Shown: piece by piece, positions 45,874 to 58,155 of the stretch
How the letters are laid out: every line of letters begins with the position of its first letter
Position numbering within the stretch: position 1 is the first letter of the stretch
From: Muribaculaceae bacterium
GTDB taxonomy: Bacteria; Bacteroidota; Bacteroidia; Bacteroidales; Muribaculaceae
DNA length: 59,662 bases
Assembly (NCBI GenBank): GCA_017557285.1
Contig: JAFZAK010000133.1
Location: forward strand, 1 to 59,662
Direction of reading: 5' to 3'
The notes under the pieces: generated by a model
Told to the model about the DNA's origin: nothing
The model's database searches: none
The model's input: only the letters and a program-made list of their open reading frames with translations
Made by a program: the position numbers and the translations under genes

Positions 45874-46551
45874 CTATGGTATCATGTTCTGAAGCGTGAA
45901 GATGCCCTCGCGGCCCTCGTTCATCAGCAGGTCAAGAATGCTGAGGCGTGGCACGAAACCATATCGGTCAGCCCAAACCTGGTAATAGGGCACATCAACA
46001 ATGGGCAATTCATCGGGTCGCTTCATGTCAATCTTTCCACGCAAGTCAATAACGTCGGTAGCGGAAGCTCCCCTCTTCTTCTGGAGAGGGGGTGGGGGTG
46101 AGGCCGTCACGAAGTCAATGGGCAAATCCATGAACTCCACAATGAGTCGCTGCAGCTGCATGTTCAGTTCCAGCAAGTGGGTCTGGTGGCCATCGACAAT
46201 GATGGCCTCCAAGTCGGGAGCGATATAGTCAAAATAAGGTGTGCGCCCGTAGGCCGAATAAAGCGCCCCCCAATGCAAGCGTCGCCAATTGCCATGCTCA
46301 CTGATGCGCACCTCACGCATCGGCGTCGCCATATTGTGCGTCTCACCCACCAGTGGCACCGTCAGTTGCTGCACACCGTTCGGTCCCTCGATGGCATAGC
46401 GGTGATGGCTGTGGCGTAGCGGCAAGTGTCGTTCCTCAGGGTCCACATAGACCGTCCCCGCAGCCAAGGCAACCGCCCAGTACCGCACACTCCCCGGGCA
46501 CATGCTCCCGGTAATGAGTGTAGTTCCCCTAGCAGGGGCGTGACTTTCCAT
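45874..46551 (-). CDS. WbqC-family protein
   Basis: LTVP, W...HW....SAYG.TPYFDY and YYQVW...GF.P.LSILDLL.NEG; follows lepB; start codon uncertain. Confidence 0.88.
   Translation of the reverse strand: MESHAPARGTTLITGSMCPGSVRYWAVALAAGTVYVDPEERHLPLRHSHHRYAIEGPNGVQQLTVPLVGETHNMATPMREVRISEHGNWRRLHWGALYSAYGRTPYFDYIAPDLEAIIVDGHQTHLLELNMQLQRLIVEFMDLPIDFVTASPPPPLQKKRGASATDVIDLRGKIDMKRPDELPIVDVPYYQVWADRYGFVPRLSILDLLMNEGREGIFTLQNMIP
46067..46104. repeat. Palindromic repeat inside wbqC
   Basis: GCTCCCCTCTTCTTCTGGAGAGGGGGTGGGGGTGAGGC. Confidence 0.8.
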
Positions 46552-46561
46552 TCTCGACTGA

Positions 46562-47983
46562 TTACTGAAAACTCTCTCGGTCCGGGTTCGGAATTCTCAG
46601 GATGCGGTTCCAACGGATGCCACCCGTGAACAACGAGTGATCCTTGTCGAACGAGATGAGGATGATATTGGGCGTGCCCACGATGTGGTCCTCAGGTACG
46701 AAACCCCAGTAGCGTGAGTCAAGTGAATTGTCACGGTTATCACCCATCATCCAGTAATAGTCCATCTTGAATGTGTACTTGTTGGTCTCCTGACCATTGA
46801 TGAAGAACTTCCCGTCCTTCACCTCGAGCGTATTACCCTCATAGTTGCGTATGCATCGCTCATATTTTGGCAGGTTCTCGGCGGTCAAATGAATCGTCAT
46901 ACCCTTCTTGGGAATCCACAGTGGACCATAGTTCTCGTGTGTCCAGCCATAGTCATGACCTACGGGATAAGTGATGATACTTTCGCTGGGGTCGGAGACC
47001 ATGCGCTCCACCACACGAACCCACGGATAAGACTCTAACTGAGCCTTCATCGACTGGGTCAGCGGCAGCAAGTAGTCACTGGTACCGCCTTGCAACATGT
47101 GTCGGTCTTCGACGCTGATTCCCAACTCCTCAAACGTCATGTCGTCAATCATGCGGCCATCGGTTGCCACATGGTAGAAATACTGCACATGCTCGGGCTG
47201 TGGCAGTGCCTTGCCATCGATATAGACGATGCCGTCACGTATGCTCAGCCAATCACCCGGCAGACCTAGGCAGCGTTTCACATAGTTCTCGCGGCGATCC
47301 ACAGGACGATAAATCACTTCACCGAAGCGGTCGGGATTCGCCAGGATATTCTCGCGCCCGTACTCCAGACACTGCGTGTAGTAGTCGGGATTCTGGGATT
47401 TCAGCGCCACCGTGTCGCCTGCGGGGAAGTTAAACACCACGATATCGCCACGCTCGACCGAGCGAAGGCCTTTCAGACGGTGATAGGCCAACTGCGGCTT
47501 GTCGATGTAGCTCTTGCAGTTGAAGAACGGCAATGTGTTCTGCGCCAATGGGAAGTGAAGCGGGGTCTGCGGCACTCGCGGGCCATAGACCGTCTTGTTC
47601 ACCCACAGGAAGTCACCCGTGAGCAGTGTTTTCTCGAGCGATGAAGACGGAATCTGGTAGTTCTGCCCGACGAATAAAAACAGGAAGTAGACCAGTACCA
47701 GCGCATAGACAATGGCATCAATCCAGCTGCACAACGTGCGCAGCGACTTGTTCTTGATGCCCTTCCATCCGCCCCAAGGGATGAACTGCGTCAGGTAAAT
47801 ATCGGCCAGCAGCGGCAGTGCCAGCAGCAGCCACGGGTTGCCCATCCAGTAGACCCATCCCAAGAAAATCGCCGTCACCACGCCGAAGCGCGCCCATCGA
47901 GTACCCTTTACACGCGCCAACCGCTCGCCTAGCGAGCCCGTCTGTGGCACATATTCCTCTTGCTTGTTTTTATCTTCGTTCAT
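46562..47983 (-). CDS. lepB: Signal peptidase I
   Basis: IPSSSLEKTL..GD, YVKRC and MMGDNRDNSLDSRYWGFVP. Confidence 0.95.
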   Translation of the reverse strand: MNEDKNKQEEYVPQTGSLGERLARVKGTRWARFGVVTAIFLGWVYWMGNPWLLLALPLLADIYLTQFIPWGGWKGIKNKSLRTLCSWIDAIVYALVLVYFLFLFVGQNYQIPSSSLEKTLLTGDFLWVNKTVYGPRVPQTPLHFPLAQNTLPFFNCKSYIDKPQLAYHRLKGLRSVERGDIVVFNFPAGDTVALKSQNPDYYTQCLEYGRENILANPDRFGEVIYRPVDRRENYVKRCLGLPGDWLSIRDGIVYIDGKALPQPEHVQYFYHVATDGRMIDDMTFEELGISVEDRHMLQGGTSDYLLPLTQSMKAQLESYPWVRVVERMVSDPSESIITYPVGHDYGWTHENYGPLWIPKKGMTIHLTAENLPKYERCIRNYEGNTLEVKDGKFFINGQETNKYTFKMDYYWMMGDNRDNSLDSRYWGFVPEDHIVGTPNIILISFDKDHSLFTGGIRWNRILRIPNPDRESFQ

Positions 47984-48009
47984 AGAATTCAGTACAACAA
48001 AAAAATATT

Positions 48010-50631
<2,622 letters not shown>

Positions 50632-50682
50632 CTAAAACTATGATATAAATAAACTTAAGTTTAATCTTTTAATATATCCATT

Positions 50683-52839
50683 ATGAAGAAAATTCTTACT
50701 ATGGTCTTTGCAGCAATAGCAGTGATGACCATGTCGGGTCAGACCAATCTGGCCCTGAACCAGCCTTCAATTGCCACGTCGGGCACTGCTAGCGCGGGCA
50801 ACGATGGCAATACGGGTTCTCGCTGGGAGTCGGAGCATGGTGTCGATCCCCAGATGTGGCAAGTGGACTTGGGCGAAGCCCAGAACTTCAACACTATCGC
50901 TATTACCTGGGAAGGTGCCTATGGCAAAACGTTTGACATCTTGGGTGGCAACACCGTGGGTGAGGATGGTTTCATCACCGACGGCGTTGTTCTGACCTCG
51001 GTTGTGGGACAAACTCTCAATGCTTTCCCCTATGTGCAGAGTTTGACCTTGGTCGAAACCGCTAATTATCGTTATGTTCAGTTCCTAGGCAAGGAACGTG
51101 GCACGGGCTACGGTTACAGCTTCTGGGAGTTTGAGGTATTTAATCTCACCGAGGCTCCTGCGCTGACTACCATGACGCTCACTGCCAGTGGCACGCAGGT
51201 GGAGATTGGCAAAACAATCAATCTCACATTAGCAGGCTTTGACCAACTGGGTGCTCCCATCGCTACTGGTGATGTGACCTATGTGTTGAGCAATCCATCA
51301 GTGGGCACCGTCGAGAATGGCGTGTTTACAGGTGTTGCCGTGGGCGAGACCACCATCAAGGCCGTCAGTGGCGAGGTGGAGTCTAACCCTGTCACCGTCA
51401 AGGTGATTGGCGGCCAGAAGATTGACCTGTTCACCGACTGGGAGTATCGCATCTACAACCTGGGTCTTGCAACTAGTACTAGCAAAGTTGGTGCCTTCGA
51501 TGAGAATGATGGCAGCCTCTGGGATATGTACAAGGAGACTGGTGCCGATGAGACTAGCCGCACCTACGATGTTGGTTTCATTGCCGACCTGCGTGACATC
51601 TACGATCTGTCAAGCATCTCAATCCACTTTGAAGGTGCATGCTCCGAGAACTTTACCTTGGCTTTCGCAGGTGAGGATGGCGTCTTCGGTGAAGCAGCCT
51701 TTACTGGAGGTGCAACAGGCATCAATAACCATACCGAGATTTTTGACTGCAGCGCCATCAAGGGCGTACGCTATGTCAAGTTCTTAAGCACCAAGGCAGC
51801 CACACAGTGGAGTGTCAAGATTTATGACTTCGCTGTTGTAGGTACACGCGTGAATGAAACTCCCCTTACCGACAACGTGGCTCCTGAAATCGCCAGTGCT
51901 GCGGCTGATGCCGTTGCTGCCACCGAAACCAGTGTGACGCTGAACATCAACGCAAGCGACAACTCGTCGAAGTATCTGGCATTCAGCATCAATAACGTCA
52001 TCTATACGCCAGGAACCCCGCAGTTACGTGGTGATATCCCTATAGTCATCGAAGGCTTGAACGGTGGAACGCAATATGAATTCAACGTGGTCGCCATCGA
52101 TGCCTTCAACAATCGTTCGGAGGCAGCAACCGTGACCGCTCAGACCACTGGTGAAGTGTTTGTGCTCACCGCTGCTCCAATGCCTACGCACGATGCAGCT
52201 GATGTCGTGTCGATTTACAGTGACGCTTATGAGCCCGCTACAGCTCATTGGATTGGAGGTTGGGGACAAACTACCCAGACTTCTCACGAGACCGTCGACG
52301 GTGATGAATTGTATGTGTTCACCAACTTCAACTACTTGGGCTTTGAGTACAACGCTGTTGACCTGAGCGAGATGGAGTATGTGCACCTTGATGTTCTGCC
52401 CATGCAGGAGATGCGTCTGGGAATCACCCCGATTCTGCAACCTGGTGGTGGAGCAGCTGGCACCGAACAACCTACTTCAGTGGGCGAACTCACTCCGCGT
52501 CAGTGGAACAGCATTGACCTGCCGTTGAGCACATTCAACACCATGGACTTCACGAGCGCTCTGAGCCACCAGTTCAAGTTTGACACCAATGGCGGAACCT
52601 CAGCTGAGAAGCTCTACATTGACAACCTGTACTTTTGGAAGAATGCTTCTGAAGCACCCATTCCTGGTGATCTCAATGGCGACAAGAAGGTTGATGTGAG
52701 CGATGTCAACATTGTCATCAACATGATGCTCGGCAAGAGCCCAGTCACTCCTGAGGCCGACATGAATGGTGACACCAAGGTCGATGTGAGCGACGTGAAC
52801 GCAATCATCAATATCATGCTGGGCAAAACAGCATCTTAA
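50683..52839 (+). CDS. Secreted multi-domain protein: discoidin/CBM32-like x2, Ig-like, FN3-like, C-terminal dockerin-like domain
   Basis: NLALNQP..A..GNDGNTGSRWES..WQVDLG; GDLNGDKKVDVSDV...ADMNGDTKVDVSDV duplicated Ca-binding loops. Confidence 0.8.
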   Translation: MKKILTMVFAAIAVMTMSGQTNLALNQPSIATSGTASAGNDGNTGSRWESEHGVDPQMWQVDLGEAQNFNTIAITWEGAYGKTFDILGGNTVGEDGFITDGVVLTSVVGQTLNAFPYVQSLTLVETANYRYVQFLGKERGTGYGYSFWEFEVFNLTEAPALTTMTLTASGTQVEIGKTINLTLAGFDQLGAPIATGDVTYVLSNPSVGTVENGVFTGVAVGETTIKAVSGEVESNPVTVKVIGGQKIDLFTDWEYRIYNLGLATSTSKVGAFDENDGSLWDMYKETGADETSRTYDVGFIADLRDIYDLSSISIHFEGACSENFTLAFAGEDGVFGEAAFTGGATGINNHTEIFDCSAIKGVRYVKFLSTKAATQWSVKIYDFAVVGTRVNETPLTDNVAPEIASAAADAVAATETSVTLNINASDNSSKYLAFSINNVIYTPGTPQLRGDIPIVIEGLNGGTQYEFNVVAIDAFNNRSEAATVTAQTTGEVFVLTAAPMPTHDAADVVSIYSDAYEPATAHWIGGWGQTTQTSHETVDGDELYVFTNFNYLGFEYNAVDLSEMEYVHLDVLPMQEMRLGITPILQPGGGAAGTEQPTSVGELTPRQWNSIDLPLSTFNTMDFTSALSHQFKFDTNGGTSAEKLYIDNLYFWKNASEAPIPGDLNGDKKVDVSDVNIVINMMLGKSPVTPEADMNGDTKVDVSDVNAIINIMLGKTAS

Positions 52840-52889
52840 AGCCTATACAATAATTCACATAAACAAAAAACAACTCTAAGTCTACAAGT

Positions 52890-52922
52890 GTGGGGCGACC
52901 GCAAGGCCGCCCCACTTTTTTA
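52890..52922 (+). terminator. Intrinsic terminator
   Basis: GTGGGGCG.CC-GCAA-GG.CGCCCCAC plus a T run. Confidence 0.8.
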
Positions 52923-52937
52923 GATGTATGTCAACAA

Positions 52938-54083
52938 TCACTTAAACAATAAAGGCACGAACTGGGTGAGGTAACGACGCCAGTTACGCCACTCGTGGCC
53001 ACCGGTACTCTCAACATAAGTGTAGGGATGACCGGCACGGTCGAGCAACGCGCGATAGTCTTTGTTCGACTTGTACAGGAAATCGTCACTGCCAATGCCA
53101 ATCCAGTAGAGTTTCAAATCCTTGTTGAACTGCGTGGCAAGTTTTTGTTCCAGGTTGTCATAGATGGGCGAGTGCACGTCACGACCTGGACGGATAGCGG
53201 CGGAGAACAGTCCCACATAGCCAAAGTCCTTGGGTTGGTTGGCACTGATGTAGAGCGAGTGGAAACCGCCCATCGACAGGCCGGCAATGGCACGCCCCGA
53301 CTGCTTGCGGATGGTGCGGTAGTGCTTGTCGACATAGTCCATGATGTCGCTGAATGACGATTCAAACGAGCCTTCCATCCACTGTTGGTGGGCAAACGTG
53401 GGTGTCACCAGGCCGCGCTGGTCACTGCCTGGAGCTGCATGCTCATCGACATTGCCGTTGGGCATGACCACAATCATGGGCACTGCCAAGCCCCACGCGA
53501 TGAGATTGTCCAACACCTGTGCGGTCTGACCCTGGTGCAGCCATGCTGTCTCGTCGCCGCCCGAGCCGTGAAGCAGATAGAACACGGGATAATGCGTCTT
53601 GCCTTGGTCATAGCCTGGCGGAGTATAGACCATCATGCGACGCTTCTTGCCCACCTTGGGCGAGTCGTACCACACGGCGCTGACATTGCCATGTGGCACA
53701 TCCAGTGCCTGGTAGTAGCGGCTCTGCGCACCATCAACATAGAACATGTTTTTTGTCGTAGCCACATCGCGCATGATGTACACATTGTCGGGGTCGAGCG
53801 TCTTTACCCCGTCAACCACATAGTTATAGAGGTACAAGTCAGCCACCAGCGGCTGGGAAGTGTACCGCCATACCCCTGCGGTGTCGCGCTCCATGACCAC
53901 AGGCTCACCGTAGTCAAGCTGTAGCTCCACCTTTTGTGCCTGCGGAGCCTTGATGGCAAAACTCACCGTATTGTCGCCATGCACTTGTGGCGAGCCCTTG
54001 GCGCCACCGAACAACTCTTGTTGGGCACTCATCGTGAGCACCATCATCGTGGCTAAAGCCACATTCATTATCCACCGTCTCAT
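52938..54083 (-). CDS. Carbohydrate esterase (CE1-like) with N-terminal CBM48/E-set domain
   Basis: VYTPPGY, YLLHGSGGDE, AGLSMGG and GGHEWRNWR. Confidence 0.88.
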   Translation of the reverse strand: MRRWIMNVALATMMVLTMSAQQELFGGAKGSPQVHGDNTVSFAIKAPQAQKVELQLDYGEPVVMERDTAGVWRYTSQPLVADLYLYNYVVDGVKTLDPDNVYIMRDVATTKNMFYVDGAQSRYYQALDVPHGNVSAVWYDSPKVGKKRRMMVYTPPGYDQGKTHYPVFYLLHGSGGDETAWLHQGQTAQVLDNLIAWGLAVPMIVVMPNGNVDEHAAPGSDQRGLVTPTFAHQQWMEGSFESSFSDIMDYVDKHYRTIRKQSGRAIAGLSMGGFHSLYISANQPKDFGYVGLFSAAIRPGRDVHSPIYDNLEQKLATQFNKDLKLYWIGIGSDDFLYKSNKDYRALLDRAGHPYTYVESTGGHEWRNWRRYLTQFVPLLFK

Positions 54084-54110
54084 ATCAAATCAGATTGTTT
54101 ATTTTGTGTG

Positions 54111-54189
54111 CAAAATTAGTGCATGTTGAGCGAAAATGCAAATTTGTTTGCGATTTTCCAAGACGCAGCCTAATTTATCCAAAAATAGT
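54111..54189 (-). repeat. Promoter-bearing dispersed element, copy 4
   Basis: CAAAATTAGTGCA..TTGAGCGAAA...AGACGCAGCCTAATTTATCCAAAAATAGT; minus strand TTTG-N20-TAATTTTG. Confidence 0.65.
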
Positions 54190-54246
54190 AATAATCTGAC
54201 AAAGACACTGCACTATTCGCCAAAAATCACTACTTTTGTACCCATC

Positions 54247-55041
54247 ATGTTACTTCAACAATTGAAACTGACTTGTGATGCACCGAGTATTCGCGTTGTG
54301 CAGACCCAGCGGGGCGAGGTGGATGGCCGAAACCCTTACTCGCAATGGAACCTGTGCGACTACACAGGCGATGATGCTTTGCGAGTGCTCAACGCACGCC
54401 TCACCTTCTGCCAGCACATGGGCATTGACTTGGACCAGTTGGTGATGCCTCGGCAAAGCCACACGACCAACGTGGCGGTGATTGGTCAAGACTTTTTGGA
54501 TGCCGACATCGACCAGCAAGAGCGGTCGCTCAACGATATTGATGCTCTGGTGACGGCATTGCCGGGCATCTGCATTGGTGTGAACACCGCCGATTGTGTA
54601 CCCATAGCTTTGGCTGACCCCACCACGGGCATCATCGCTATTGCCCACGCCGGTTGGCGCGGTACTGTGGGGCGCATCGCACAACGCACCGTTGAAACGA
54701 TGCGCCGTTTGGGTGCTACACCTGCCGATATCCATGCCACTATGGGAACCAGCATCTGCGCCGACTGCTTCGAGGTGGGCGACGAAGTGCCGCAAGCCTT
54801 CGAGCAGGCCGGCTTTGATATGAAAGACATCCTGCATCGCAATGCCACGACTGGCAAAGCACACATAGACTTGTGGCGCGCCAACCGACAAGTCCTCTTT
54901 GCCGCCGGAATCCCAGCTGACCACATCACCCTACCCGCCGTCTGCAGCCGTTGCAGCAGCGACCGCTACTTCTCCGCCCGCCGCCTAGGAATCCACAGCG
55001 GCCGCACCTTCACCGCCATCATCAGACAAAAAACAGGTTAA
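54247..55041 (+). CDS. pgeF: Peptidoglycan editing factor / YfiH-family protein
   Basis: QSHTTNV, DALVT, TADCVP, HAGWRGT, FEVGDEV and YFSARR. Confidence 0.9.
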   Translation: MLLQQLKLTCDAPSIRVVQTQRGEVDGRNPYSQWNLCDYTGDDALRVLNARLTFCQHMGIDLDQLVMPRQSHTTNVAVIGQDFLDADIDQQERSLNDIDALVTALPGICIGVNTADCVPIALADPTTGIIAIAHAGWRGTVGRIAQRTVETMRRLGATPADIHATMGTSICADCFEVGDEVPQAFEQAGFDMKDILHRNATTGKAHIDLWRANRQVLFAAGIPADHITLPAVCSRCSSDRYFSARRLGIHSGRTFTAIIRQKTG

Positions 55042-55058
55042 GCGAAAAAATCCCAACA

Positions 55059-55107
55059 AAAAACTGACAACTGATAACTGAAAACTGAAAACTATTTATT
55101 ATCTTTG
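55059..55107 (+). promoter_or_regulatory. tRNA-Ser promoter: four-heptamer array plus -7 box
   Basis: AAAAA CTGACAA CTGATAA CTGAAAA CTGAAAA CT ATTTAT TATCTTTG. Confidence 0.7.
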
Positions 55108-55124
55108 CAGCCGATTTCCGCAAT

Positions 55125-55212
55125 GGAGTGATGCTCGAGTGGCTGAAGAGGCACGCCTGGAAAGCGTGTGTGCGCCAAAAGCGTACCCCGAGTTCGAATC
55201 TCGGTCACTCCG
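55125..55212 (+). tRNA. tRNA-Ser (GGA)
   Basis: GGAGTGA/TCACTCC acceptor, CACGC-CTGGAAA-GCGTG anticodon arm, long variable arm. Confidence 0.96.
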
Positions 55213-55247
55213 CAAAAAGTCCCGTTAGGGACATTTTAAGGCGGGAT

Positions 55248-55326
55248 CCGAGATGAGAACTCCGAGTTCGTTATCGACCCAGTCGCTTTCGAAGCGCAGC
55301 GGAGAAAGAATCTCGGTCACTCCGCA
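55248..55326 (+). repeat. tRNA-Ser 3'-end-derived repeat
   Basis: GAATCTCGGTCACTCCGCA (55308-55326) = 55196-55214; CCGAGTTCG (55262-55270) = 55188-55196. Confidence 0.85.
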
Positions 55327-55331
55327 CTGTT

Positions 55332-55368
55332 AGGGCGGTTGCAGCCGATGCTCGCAACTGCCTTTTTT
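55332..55368 (+). terminator. Terminator after the tRNA-Ser repeat
   Basis: GGCGGTTGC...GCAACTGCC plus T6. Confidence 0.7.
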
Positions 55369-55389
55369 GACAAATAAACGATTATAGCT

Positions 55390-55782
55390 ATGTATCACAG
55401 AGAATGTACCAACGAATGGATTTCGCAGTTGGCCCCCAATGAGGTGTTTGTGTTCGGCAGTAACTTGGCGGGGATGCACGGTGGTGGTGCTGCACGAGTC
55501 GCCTGTGAGCGCTTTGGCGCAGTGTTGGGGCAAGGTGTGGGCCTGCAGGGCCAGAGCTATGCTATCCCGACAATGCAGGGTGGCGTGGAGACCATAAAAC
55601 CCTATGTGGACGAGTTCATCGACTTCGCCAAAGCTCATCCCGAGTTGAAGTTCTTGGTCACACCTATCGGTTGTGGCATTGCCGGATTCGCTGAGACGGA
55701 GATTGCCCCGTTGTTCGCAGCAGCTATCGATGTGGAAAACATCATCCTGCCGCGCTCGTTTGTCAATGTCATTGAGAAATAA
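55390..55782 (+). CDS. A1S_2505-like protein (phage-associated, macro-like fold)
   Basis: EVFVFGSNLAGMHGGGAA, GQSYAIPTM and FLVTPIGCGIAG. Confidence 0.8.
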   Translation: MYHRECTNEWISQLAPNEVFVFGSNLAGMHGGGAARVACERFGAVLGQGVGLQGQSYAIPTMQGGVETIKPYVDEFIDFAKAHPELKFLVTPIGCGIAGFAETEIAPLFAAAIDVENIILPRSFVNVIEK

Positions 55783-55790
55783 TAATCGAG

Positions 55791-56699
55791 ATGAAACACA
55801 TTTTTCTATATCCCCTCATCGTGCTCGGATTGCTGGCTGGTTGCACAGGAAACGCCAATCAACAAGAGCAGCAAGGCCGTGCCGACACTTTCTACTCATC
55901 GCAGTATAGCGGCAATGACCGCGACCACAACCAGCGCAGCGACACTCGCCGTGAGAACAACACCGGTGAGTATCGCTCGACGGGTAACGCTGCGTTGCTC
56001 GAGGTGAAGTTGCCAGCGCGGCTCGATAATCAGACCATCCATTACAAGGCCATCACGGTCTACTACAACAAGTACTACCATGTACCCAACTGCGTGGCGT
56101 ACGAGTTGACCAACACGCAAGTCTCAATGGCCGATGCACCCGATGCCCAGAAACGTGACAACTACCAGTTCAACCGCGACCCGCAGGCGACCGGTTGCCC
56201 CGAATGGTGGGAGTACAAAGATACGGGCTACGACCGTGGCCACATGGCGCCCGCCATGGATATGCGATGGGACAAGACCGCCATGGAGCAGTGCTTCATG
56301 ATGACCAATATCTGCCCGCAGGACCACGAACTGAACGACGGCGAGTGGCGACACATGGAGGAGGCAATCCACACTTGGGCGCGTACGGCACGCCGATTGG
56401 TCATCTTCACCGGCCCCGTGCTCGAGGGCAATATGAAGAAAATGGGCAAGAAGAACAACATCGCCGTACCCAACCAGTTCTACAAGGTTGTCTATGCGCC
56501 TGAGCAAGACCGCGCCATTGCCTTCCTGTTCCGCAATGAGATGGCTTCCAACTCATGGACCAACTATGCCGTCACCATCGACCAGGTTGAGCGCTTGACC
56601 GGCATTGACTTCCTTGCCTCGCTGCCCGACGACAGTGAGACCGTCGTCGAGAGCAAGCAGAACATCAAGGACTGGCCCCGCTACTATCCTCGCCGCTGA
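55791..56699 (+). CDS. DNA/RNA non-specific endonuclease, lipoprotein
   Basis: LLAGC lipobox; GYDRGHMAPA and MTNICPQ...LN.G.W. Confidence 0.92.
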   Translation: MKHIFLYPLIVLGLLAGCTGNANQQEQQGRADTFYSSQYSGNDRDHNQRSDTRRENNTGEYRSTGNAALLEVKLPARLDNQTIHYKAITVYYNKYYHVPNCVAYELTNTQVSMADAPDAQKRDNYQFNRDPQATGCPEWWEYKDTGYDRGHMAPAMDMRWDKTAMEQCFMMTNICPQDHELNDGEWRHMEEAIHTWARTARRLVIFTGPVLEGNMKKMGKKNNIAVPNQFYKVVYAPEQDRAIAFLFRNEMASNSWTNYAVTIDQVERLTGIDFLASLPDDSETVVESKQNIKDWPRYYPRR

Positions 56700-56719
56700 C
56701 CATCGGCTTTGTTCTCGCA

Positions 56720-58117
56720 ATGATTTATAGCGACACATATCAGGATACCATCTGTGCTGTGGCGACGCCACAGGGGATGGGAGGCATTGCAGTGGTTCGC
56801 GTCAGCGGACCACAAGCCATCGATATTGTGGCACACCGTTGGCAGGGCTCACCGCTACAAGACATGACGAGTCACACGGCCCATTTGGGACGGGTTATTG
56901 ATAGTCAAGGTCGCCTGCTCGATGAGGTGGTCCTCACCCTCTACCGTGGGCCGCACTCATTCACGGGCGAGGACGTAATCGAGATTTCGTGCCACGGCTC
57001 GGTGTGGATTCAGCAGCAGTTATTAGCAACGCTCATCGATGCGGGATGCCGCATGGCAACGGGTGGCGAGTTCACACGACGTGCAGTGGCATCTAGGCGC
57101 ATGGACCTGTCGCAGGCCGAGGCGGTGGCCGATATCATTGCCGCACAGTCACAGGCGTCGGCGCGCGTGGCGTTGAACCAGATGCGCGGCGGCCTGAGCC
57201 GTGAGCTGGATGCGTTGCGTGAGCGACTGCTGCACTTCGTGGCGCTGATGGAACTGGAATTGGACTTCAGTGAGGAGGATGTGGAGTTTGCCGACCGCAC
57301 GAAGGTGACTGCATTGGCACAGGAAATTGAGCAGATTATTGGCGGCCTCGCTGACTCGTTTCAGGCGGGCAATGCCATCAAAGGTGGTGTGCCGGTGGCG
57401 ATTGTCGGGCAGACAAACGCCGGCAAGTCGACCCTGCTCAACGCCCTGTTGCACGACGACCGCGCCTTGGTGAGCGACATTCATGGTACCACACGCGATG
57501 TCATTGAGGACACCATCACCATGGGTGGCACCTTGTTCCGACTCATTGACACTGCGGGTATCCGCCACAGCGACGATGTCATTGAGACGATGGGCATTGA
57601 ACGATCATTCCGCAAACTCGATGAGGCACAAATCGTGCTATGGGTTATCGATGGCACGGCGCCATTGGCCGACATTGAGAAGTTTAGCCAACAAATTCTG
57701 CCCCATTGCCAGGAGAAACATCTGCTTGCCGTGGTCAACAAGACCGACTTGGCCGATGTACAGCCTGTTGAGGCATTGCTGGGTCGATTGATGCCATCTC
57801 ATGCCGATGTTATCGCCATCAGCGCCCGTGACGAGAAAGACGTGCAACGGTTACAGCAACGCATCATCGAGGCGGCCGCACTGCCGCAGGTCGACGATGA
57901 CACCGTCATTGTCACCAACGCCCGCCATTATGAGGCGCTGACCCACGCCCATCAAGCCATTTCCCGCGCCCTTAACGGACTGCAAAGCGGACTTACTGGC
58001 GACCTCATCAGTCAAGATATCCGCGAATGCCTCTACTACCTGGGCACCATCACCGGACAAATCACCACCGACGACATCCTTGGCGAAATCTTCGCCCACT
58101 TCTGCATCGGAAAGTAG
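56720..58117 (+). CDS. mnmE: tRNA modification GTPase MnmE
   Basis: DTICAVAT, SFTGED, GQTNAGKSTL, GTTRD, DTAG and FCIGK terminus. Confidence 0.97.
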   Translation: MIYSDTYQDTICAVATPQGMGGIAVVRVSGPQAIDIVAHRWQGSPLQDMTSHTAHLGRVIDSQGRLLDEVVLTLYRGPHSFTGEDVIEISCHGSVWIQQQLLATLIDAGCRMATGGEFTRRAVASRRMDLSQAEAVADIIAAQSQASARVALNQMRGGLSRELDALRERLLHFVALMELELDFSEEDVEFADRTKVTALAQEIEQIIGGLADSFQAGNAIKGGVPVAIVGQTNAGKSTLLNALLHDDRALVSDIHGTTRDVIEDTITMGGTLFRLIDTAGIRHSDDVIETMGIERSFRKLDEAQIVLWVIDGTAPLADIEKFSQQILPHCQEKHLLAVVNKTDLADVQPVEALLGRLMPSHADVIAISARDEKDVQRLQQRIIEAAALPQVDDDTVIVTNARHYEALTHAHQAISRALNGLQSGLTGDLISQDIRECLYYLGTITGQITTDDILGEIFAHFCIGK

Positions 58118-58155
58118 ATTCTGCAGCGTCAAACAGATAAAACAAAATTAGAAAT

